DNA of 64,000 nucleotides from a virus: the IMG/VR virus record IMGVR_UViG_3300035157_000972, one strand, 5' to 3'. The notes under the pieces are model-generated. The model was not told the DNA's origin, searched no databases, and worked only from the letters and a program-made list of their open reading frames with translations. This document shows positions 57,739 to 64,000 of this stretch, piece after piece; within the stretch, counting starts at the first letter, position 1; every line of letters begins with the position of its first letter. The position numbers were made by a program, and so were the translations under genes.

Positions 57739-58060
57739 ATTCTTCAGATCACAGATCATTCAAGAAGAAATGCAGGATATATTTGAGACACAGAAAGACC
57801 TTTATGCTGTCATCATGAAGTTTGCAACGATGACTGACGAAGAGAAGAAAGAACATATGCAAAAACTTATATCACTTATTGATAAACAAGAAGTTATGTG
57901 GACAAGGTTATCATTGTCAGATGACCCAGAAGCAAAGCAAATGAAAGAAAAAATCCAAATGACTTCTGCTGCCATGGGATTCAAAGAAGTTAATATGAAC
58001 ACAATCTTCAATAATATGAGACAGACACTAGAGAATTTGTCAAGTAAATTACATACATAA
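57731..58060 (+). CDS. DUF1825-like protein
   Basis: FFRSQIIQEE..RLSLSDDPEA. Confidence 0.8.
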   Translation: MSKFFRSQIIQEEMQDIFETQKDLYAVIMKFATMTDEEKKEHMQKLISLIDKQEVMWTRLSLSDDPEAKQMKEKIQMTSAAMGFKEVNMNTIFNNMRQTLENLSSKLHT

Positions 58061-58081
58061 TATTATATTACTCATTAGTAT

Positions 58082-58381
58082 ATGTTATCAACAGCATACC
58101 GCCTTCGGTTGGAAGGCATTTGCAAGTCAATTGCAGCAGGAACAGAAGTTAGTATGGAAGATATGATATGGGCACAGAAATTGTCAAAAGCAAATACATC
58201 TGCTAGAGGTATGTTGAGTACAGCAAGAAGAATGAGAACAAATCCTAACGATTCTTTTCTGAATAACTTGAATATAGGAGACCCCGATTCAAGTAATCAC
58301 CGTAGGGGTTTCTATAAACCAGAAGATGTGGTAGACTGGTTTCATCAGGACAGACCTGACGATTGGAGGCAACGAGACTAA
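58082..58381 (+). CDS. Conserved hypothetical protein
   Basis: MLSTAYRLRLEGIC..DDWRQRD. Confidence 0.8.
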   Translation: MLSTAYRLRLEGICKSIAAGTEVSMEDMIWAQKLSKANTSARGMLSTARRMRTNPNDSFLNNLNIGDPDSSNHRRGFYKPEDVVDWFHQDRPDDWRQRD

Positions 58382-58668
58382 TGTTAGCATTTTTATTCAC
58401 AGCAGCAGGGTTTCTAAACCTGATGTTTTACATCTTTGCGATAGGATGTGGGATCTCATTTATTCTTGAGCAAATTCTCAAGGTCAGACCTTTGAGTGCT
58501 GACTCATCAATGAACGAGAGGAACATGTACATCGTTCAGAGCAATAGAAGATACTGTTGGAGACAAGCATGGATCACTAATGTTTTTTGGTTCTTGTGTA
58601 ATATTGGTTTGTATATCATCTCAAGAAACATGCAAACACCAACAGACACATTCTGGAATGGGATATAG
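58381..58668 (+). CDS. Two-TM membrane protein
   Basis: TAATG coupling; two hydrophobic helices. Confidence 0.7.
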   Translation: MLAFLFTAAGFLNLMFYIFAIGCGISFILEQILKVRPLSADSSMNERNMYIVQSNRRYCWRQAWITNVFWFLCNIGLYIISRNMQTPTDTFWNGI

Positions 58669-58671
58669 ACC

Positions 58672-58821
58672 ATGCTAGGACTAATTCTATTAATTTTATG
58701 CATTCCCTTTGTTGTGCTGACACTATTTTTCGGTACAAAAGGAGGGTTTTATGACAGTGATGACTATGATGGACATGGCACTGCTCATAAGGTTTTAGTT
58801 GATGATGAAACCGAGATATAA
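58672..58821 (+). CDS. ndhP: NDH-1 small subunit NdhP homologue (49 aa)
   Basis: Hand-translated MLGLILLILCIPFVVLTLFFGTKGGFYDSDDYDGHGTAHKVLVDDETEI; TM helix plus LFFGTxxGFYDxDxYxGxGxAH as in cyanobacterial NdhP. Confidence 0.85.
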   Translation: MLGLILLILCIPFVVLTLFFGTKGGFYDSDDYDGHGTAHKVLVDDETEI

Positions 58822-58921
58822 TACTTGACCTTACCTAAATAGTATGTTATATTAATCTTGTTGTATGCAAGGTGCTAATCCACCGATTTACTCAATCCGA
58901 CGAATCCAATTAATCAAACTA

Positions 58922-59836
58922 ATGTCATTCGCAAATCTAAAAAAACAGTCAAGACTAGGCAGTCTCACTTCTAAACTTACAAGTGAGATCGAAAAGATGA
59001 ACAAAGGCACTACTAATGGTGCTGATGAGCGTCTTTGGAAACTAGAAGTTGACAAAGCAGGTAACGGTTATGCTGTAATCCGTTTTCTTCCTGCACCCGA
59101 CGGGGAAGAACTTCCATGGGCAAAGGTATGGTCACATGCTTTTCAAGGTCCCGGAGGTTGGTACATTGAGAACAGTCTCACCACACTAGGTCAGAAAGAT
59201 CCAGTGTCGGAGTACAATAGACTACTATGGAATAGTGGTAGTGATGACGATAAAGATCAAGCAAGAAAGCAGAAGAGAAAACTTACATATATTTCTAACA
59301 TATATGTTGTAAAGGATCCTGCTAACCCACAGAATGAAGGTAAAGTATTCTTATACAAGTTCGGTAAAAAGATCTTTGATAAGATAACTGCAGCAATGCA
59401 ACCTGAGTTTGAAGATGAGGAAGCAATTGATCCATTTGACTTCTGGCAAGGTGCTAACTTCAAGTTGAAGGCAAAGAACGTTGCCGGTTATAGAAACTAC
59501 GATTCAAGTGAGTTCACAAAGACTGAAGCATTATTGGATGACGATGATGCATTAGAAACCATATGGAAAGGACAATTTTCATTGGAAGAGTTCACAAAGG
59601 CAGATCAATTCAAGTCCTATCAGGATTTGGAGAAGAGAATGAATGCTGTATTGAATCCATCTACTGCAAGAAAGGCACTCGACCCTGAAACTTTTGACGA
59701 GCAAGAGGAAGTTACCCTCAAGTCTCGTGAGCAAGTCAAGGAAGAGGCAAGTGTCGTAAAAGAACCAGTTGCTGTGGCAGCAAGTGAAGACACTGATGAT
59801 GCCCTTTCATATTTCCAACGTCTAGCGGAGGAATAA
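58922..59836 (+). CDS. gp32: Single-stranded DNA-binding protein gp32
   Basis: DERLWK, GYAVIRFLP, WYIENSLTT, YKFGKKIFDKI, acidic tail. Confidence 0.97.
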   Translation: MSFANLKKQSRLGSLTSKLTSEIEKMNKGTTNGADERLWKLEVDKAGNGYAVIRFLPAPDGEELPWAKVWSHAFQGPGGWYIENSLTTLGQKDPVSEYNRLLWNSGSDDDKDQARKQKRKLTYISNIYVVKDPANPQNEGKVFLYKFGKKIFDKITAAMQPEFEDEEAIDPFDFWQGANFKLKAKNVAGYRNYDSSEFTKTEALLDDDDALETIWKGQFSLEEFTKADQFKSYQDLEKRMNAVLNPSTARKALDPETFDEQEEVTLKSREQVKEEASVVKEPVAVAASEDTDDALSYFQRLAEE

Positions 59837-59837
59837 T

Positions 59838-60113
59838 ATGGCAGGATCAGACCTACTTGCAGCAGCAAGTCTCAACCTCAATGAAGCATGGAACATGTCA
59901 TGGGGTGAGGGTATTCAATTCCTAATCGTATTGATTATCCTATACTATGTCAAGAAACGTATTGATTTGCACTTCGCAAGAAAGACTGCAAAGAATACTA
60001 TCTACAAGGTCAAAATTGTAGAAGGTCACATCGACATTGATCATGGACACATAGAGTCCATAGACCACAACCATGTCGAGGGTGATGTCAATACACATGC
60101 GAAGCAATGGTGA
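59838..60113 (+). CDS. Single-TM protein with His-rich C-terminus
   Basis: TM helix; GHIDIDHGHIESIDHNHVEG. Confidence 0.7.
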   Translation: MAGSDLLAAASLNLNEAWNMSWGEGIQFLIVLIILYYVKKRIDLHFARKTAKNTIYKVKIVEGHIDIDHGHIESIDHNHVEGDVNTHAKQW

Positions 60114-60116
60114 GCA

Positions 60117-60184
60117 AATTCGACTTTTAATTCCAAAAATACCGGAAAAAAAATTCCGGTATTTTTTTTGTCTTAAGGTTTTTT
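60117..60184 (+). repeat. Dispersed ~70-bp element, copy C; doubles as a bidirectional terminator-like hairpin
   Basis: AATTCGACTTTTA..AAAAATACCGGAA-aaaaaa-TTCCGGTATTTTT..TTAAGGTTTTTT between convergent genes. Confidence 0.75.
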
Positions 60185-60851
60185 ATCTAGGTGACAGTAT
60201 TCTAAGATTGTCGCCTTTTTTAGTGCGATTATCAATATATTGTGAACTATCTGTATATCTCATTATCTCCCTCATATCCAAAAATACTTGTGTTAGATAA
60301 TTCGTTCTAAGTAAATATATGGTTCTCTTGGCATCATTCTTATTAACTTCATATTCGTAATTAGTAACTTCACCCACCACCTGAGTTCCTGATAGAGTTA
60401 CATTGCCTGTTGTAGAAAGATAATTGAATTGAAATGTAGAATCCACTTCTAAACCCTCACTAAGAAGTAATGAACCATCTACAGGATGAGTTATCTTTTT
60501 GGTTTCATAATGATGTACTCCATCGAGTTGTTCTTGAGTGTATTTGTTATCCAAGTAACGATTTAGATCTGAATCAGACATTGGCCATTCATCACGAATA
60601 TTCAATATATTATTTGATAATAGAACCACCCAATCAAGGTTTGGATCTTTATATGCCTTGAATGCTACATTATCAGGTCTATCATCACCTTGTATTGCAA
60701 ATTCTTCAAATGCCACTGCATCACGAAATATATCATCACGAATTTTTGCACGTTTGAATAAATTTTTAGATTTTACAAAATCAGTACTAGAATTCCTGTT
60801 ATCTGTAAAAGATGGTAGTAAAATATCGGGAAATTCGGTAAAGTATGCCAT
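60183..60851 (-). CDS. gp53: Baseplate wedge subunit gp53
   Basis: YF..FP, DRPDNVA..Y..LDWVVLLSNNI..EWP, HHYET, NYEYE. Confidence 0.9.
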   Translation of the reverse strand: MAYFTEFPDILLPSFTDNRNSSTDFVKSKNLFKRAKIRDDIFRDAVAFEEFAIQGDDRPDNVAFKAYKDPNLDWVVLLSNNILNIRDEWPMSDSDLNRYLDNKYTQEQLDGVHHYETKKITHPVDGSLLLSEGLEVDSTFQFNYLSTTGNVTLSGTQVVGEVTNYEYEVNKNDAKRTIYLLRTNYLTQVFLDMREIMRYTDSSQYIDNRTKKGDNLRILSPR

Positions 60852-62839
60852 TAGAATCCTGTATCCTCCAGTGAAATTGGTTCAAATCCTCCTTCCCCTT
60901 TAGGACTTCCGAATTCATCAGAGAAGTCACTTCCCTCTTTAATTCCCGGTTCAAGTTCATTGAGGTAATCACCACGGAATATTGGAGTAAGTTCAGTAAA
61001 GTTCAAATTCATGATAGTTCTAACCGGTGATGACCCTGCTGAAGCGTCCTCATATGATTGATATACTCCATCAGGGGCATAATTTATCTCGCATGTTGTG
61101 AGTGCACATATTTTATGTAGTGGTAGACCCTTTATTCTTTGTCCTTCATTTGTTCGGTATCTAATTCTAAAGATATTTGGAGATCCTAAAAATATCCTAT
61201 TTTCTAGAGATCTTCCCGGTGCCATACCTTGTTTGAAGAATCTTTGTATTCTTCTCATTACAGAAGCATCCAATTCATCATTTGGTGCAAAATTAAAGGA
61301 AAAGACAAAATTTCTCAATTTAGGACCATTGAACAATAGTTCTAAATTGGGGTTTATGACGGTTCCAACTGTTCTTGCCAACATTTGATTTGCATCAACT
61401 TGTATTCCTACTCTACTTAGAGCAAATTGTGATATTACAGCAGAAATTGCTTCTCCTGTGGGACCACTAACTTTTCCTTTTTTAATATCATTCAAAACTG
61501 CCTTTATATCTCCTCCTATACTACTAAATGCACCTCCAAAGTTTCCATCCATGACTGCTTGCCTTATCGAATTTTGAGTAGACATAAATGCTGCCATTTC
61601 TAGAGGATTTGCTCTTCCATCACCCCATGCAACACCATTTGAAAAACTAAGATTATTTGGAATTGGCATTTTTACCATACCTAAAAAGGTTCTTAGTACA
61701 GAATTTCTTGAGACTCCTGATAGATATGTGGAATCTCGATTTGTCTGATCCACATGGTCTTTCATATTGTCTCTCTGAGGTGGTTTATATGAAAATTGTT
61801 CTAATATTATATGATCTTGACCTCCTTCAGTTCCTTCGCTTCCATATACAGCGTCATGTGGATATTTCAAAGAAACAAAACCAAATTCTTCAGCACCAAA
61901 TGATTTTATAAATTTTTCATCATCTTTTCCATAAATTTGTTCGATAGCAACATCGAGAGGATTGTAATCACGTTCTCCGTCCGTAAACGTTATATTGTTA
62001 TCGCTACCAACGTCATCTGCTAATTCCGTAAATTCACTCACACCAATAGCAACGTTTGCTGCTTCGGTGTTTCCAATTCCAACTGTATTTGATAGGTCTT
62101 TGTTTTCTATGAGTGTATCAAAATTGTATCCATTTTCCAAGAAACCCTCATGAGTAAGATCTTTTTCAGCAATTCTTTCATACACATCTGCAAGTTCTGG
62201 ATTATTTGCTCTCAATTGCTCCACCAATACTTCTTTATCTAAATTATAGGTATCAGCATACTGGTCTAATTGAAATAATTGAGTCAATACGGCAACTTTG
62301 TAATTAGGGTGAGACATAATTGCATCATAAGCATTGATATTATATTCTTTGCCTGCTCCAGTCCAACCATCACCTCTATATCTTCCAACCCCTGACCATT
62401 GAGGGTGCCATATTGCTACATTCTTGAATCCAAATTCGGTATCAAACTTACCAAAAGTCGGACTATTTGGATTAAGATCTATATATGCTATAAATTTTTC
62501 TGCTTCTGCACCGATAGTAGCATCTACTATCGTAGTTTCACCATCTTTTGTAACAAATCTCTTAAAAGTATTCTCTAAGTTTGGTATCTCTGAATCTATA
62601 CCATTTATTTTTTCACCATTAAGATTAGTAATGTGTATTGAATCATTACTCTGTATATAAATTTCTAGTTTACCATCTGGCAATCCTATTACTTCACCAC
62701 CATTAGTTTGATCAACAAATTCTTTTAGAAGATCAAATCCCGTGAACCTTTGGGGCCAACCATTCTCAGTCTCGAATAGATCACCTAGACCTTGGTTTTT
62801 ATCAAGGAGATCATAAGAACTCATTATGTCATCTGACAT
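60851..62839 (-). CDS. gp48: Baseplate tail-tube cap gp48 with long N-terminal extension
   Basis: LKYP, MPIPNNL, INPNLELLFNGPKLRNFVFSF, CALT..INYAPDG, LNFTEL. Confidence 0.85.
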   Translation of the reverse strand: MSDDIMSSYDLLDKNQGLGDLFETENGWPQRFTGFDLLKEFVDQTNGGEVIGLPDGKLEIYIQSNDSIHITNLNGEKINGIDSEIPNLENTFKRFVTKDGETTIVDATIGAEAEKFIAYIDLNPNSPTFGKFDTEFGFKNVAIWHPQWSGVGRYRGDGWTGAGKEYNINAYDAIMSHPNYKVAVLTQLFQLDQYADTYNLDKEVLVEQLRANNPELADVYERIAEKDLTHEGFLENGYNFDTLIENKDLSNTVGIGNTEAANVAIGVSEFTELADDVGSDNNITFTDGERDYNPLDVAIEQIYGKDDEKFIKSFGAEEFGFVSLKYPHDAVYGSEGTEGGQDHIILEQFSYKPPQRDNMKDHVDQTNRDSTYLSGVSRNSVLRTFLGMVKMPIPNNLSFSNGVAWGDGRANPLEMAAFMSTQNSIRQAVMDGNFGGAFSSIGGDIKAVLNDIKKGKVSGPTGEAISAVISQFALSRVGIQVDANQMLARTVGTVINPNLELLFNGPKLRNFVFSFNFAPNDELDASVMRRIQRFFKQGMAPGRSLENRIFLGSPNIFRIRYRTNEGQRIKGLPLHKICALTTCEINYAPDGVYQSYEDASAGSSPVRTIMNLNFTELTPIFRGDYLNELEPGIKEGSDFSDEFGSPKGEGGFEPISLEDTGF

Positions 62840-63231
62840 TACTGATACCTCGCTATATTAACTGGCATTTCAATACCACCTAGAACTCTTACAAATTCTG
62901 ATAGTGATAAACTAAATGCTTTTTCCCAATCGGACATAGGAACTTCTGAAAAATTTGATCTTACGTAACCGTACAGGTATTTATGGTATCCCGTGATGAC
63001 TGTTGGGTCGTTATCTTCATCAAGATATCTCATGATTGCCATTCTGTTTGATGGTTTGGTGTAATGAAGGTTAATACCGTAAAAAGCACCCGATTCTGTT
63101 GCTAAAACATAGCATAAAGGGTGTTTATCGTAGAAAGGGAGTGTGTCTTTATACTTTGCAGAGTATCTGAACAGTAAAAGTTTGCCCGGGCTGACGTTAG
63201 ATGGTTGAGTGTTGAGTAGACTAGATGCCAA
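62839..63231 (-). CDS. gp2: gp2-like DNA end protector (short form)
   Basis: PGKLLLFRYSAKYKDTLPFYDKHPL, GINLHY. Confidence 0.75.
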   Translation of the reverse strand: MASSLLNTQPSNVSPGKLLLFRYSAKYKDTLPFYDKHPLCYVLATESGAFYGINLHYTKPSNRMAIMRYLDEDNDPTVITGYHKYLYGYVRSNFSEVPMSDWEKAFSLSLSEFVRVLGGIEMPVNIARYQ

Positions 63232-63655
63232 GTTCCTTCTCCGTGATTATTTGAAAATTCCATTTACGATCTTTGCAGAATGACTCTGCTGCTTGCCATT
63301 TTGCTTGGTTTTTAGCAAATTCATAGACCTCTGCAACATATTTCTTTGTTCTTCTTTTCTGTATAGTAGGACCTTTGACCTGTTTTTGTGGTTTGACTTC
63401 TATGAGTCTTTCTTCTATTTTACCAGTAGAACTCTTCATTTTGACATAAAAGTCTGGAAAATACCTATGATAGCGGTTGTCAATGGGTGATTTGTATGGT
63501 ATTACTACTTCTTCACTCGACCATTTCAAAATATTCACATTACCATCACACCAACGCATGAATTTCAGTTCCCATAAAGAGCGATATATCACCTTTGTGG
63601 GATCACCTTTATACTTATTAGGGTTGGAAGGACGGAACTTCCCCTTATATGACAT
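63221..63655 (-). CDS. gp4: Head completion nuclease gp4
   Basis: KYKGDP..YRSLWE, WSSEE, RYFPDF, IEVKP, NQAKW. Confidence 0.93.
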   Translation of the reverse strand: MSYKGKFRPSNPNKYKGDPTKVIYRSLWELKFMRWCDGNVNILKWSSEEVVIPYKSPIDNRYHRYFPDFYVKMKSSTGKIEERLIEVKPQKQVKGPTIQKRRTKKYVAEVYEFAKNQAKWQAAESFCKDRKWNFQIITEKELGI

Positions 63656-63683
63656 ACATAGTATATACTGTCCATCTATTTAG

Positions 63684-64000
63684 ATGCCTAAATCAAGAGT
63701 TTTTTCAAAAGATAGATTTTACTTGAGAACAGAAGAGTTGTATAATCTCGGTGGTTTCAATAATGCTGTACCTGCATTTAATAATCTTTATGATGTTTAT
63801 ATCAACTTCAATACTCAGGGTGGAAATCCTAATCTCATGCAATTTATAAAACAGCATGTGATATTACCTGCTAATGATGTAATGAATGAACCGGGAGATA
63901 ACTTAGCACTATTCTGTTCAGAAGCGGTTTTACCGGGTTCACAGATTCAAACTGCCTCTATCAGTGGTTTGAGGCAAGGTGTAACACAAAATTATGCTGT
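63684..64000 (+). CDS. Tail-tube/baseplate initiator-like protein (gp19/gp54 family), 3'-truncated
   Basis: Hand-translated MPKSRVFSKDRFYLRTEE..LFCSEAVLPG; divergent from gp4. Confidence 0.6.
   Translation, partial: MPKSRVFSKDRFYLRTEELYNLGGFNNAVPAFNNLYDVYINFNTQGGNPNLMQFIKQHVILPANDVMNEPGDNLALFCSEAVLPGSQIQTASISGLRQGVTQNYA

Noticed and set aside
1-64000. tRNA genes, psbD, hli genes, integrase or transposase
   Set aside because: None recognised by eye in this window; a tRNA scan was not run

Overview
This is a 64 kb segment of a T4-like marine cyanomyophage, most likely infecting Prochlorococcus: the D1 N-terminus is Prochlorococcus-type, the DNA is AT-rich, and T4 late promoters (TATAAATA/CTAAATA) and sigma70-type promoters are present. 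Core genes run uvsX, gp41, mazG, gp61, nrdA, nrdB, nrdC, thyX, phoH, exonuclease, gp33, gp59, gp32, then gp53, gp48, gp2 and gp4 on the minus strand and a tail-tube-like gene at the right edge. Auxiliary metabolic genes are psbA, petF, PTOX, talC and a small ndhP homologue missed by the ORF track. Two accessory islands encode sugar-nucleotide, glycosyltransferase and tailoring enzymes: about 23.2-44.3 kb, and 50.2-57.2 kb between gp33 and gp59. The most notable signals are: (1) a nitrogen-sensing module with an NtcA-like box over a sigma70 -10, tandem glutamine riboswitches and a 41-aa DUF4278-type peptide; (2) a capsid-targeting-sequence-bearing degenerate nucleotidyltransferase next to a 1013-aa basic modular protein punctuated by prohead-protease-like sites; (3) strong avoidance of CCWGG, and apparently AGCT and GGCC; (4) a dispersed ~70-bp A-tract/CCGG element in three copies at module junctions; (5) a split, order-swapped carbamoyltransferase alongside a full-length one. 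All calls come from reading motifs by eye; no database search was run.
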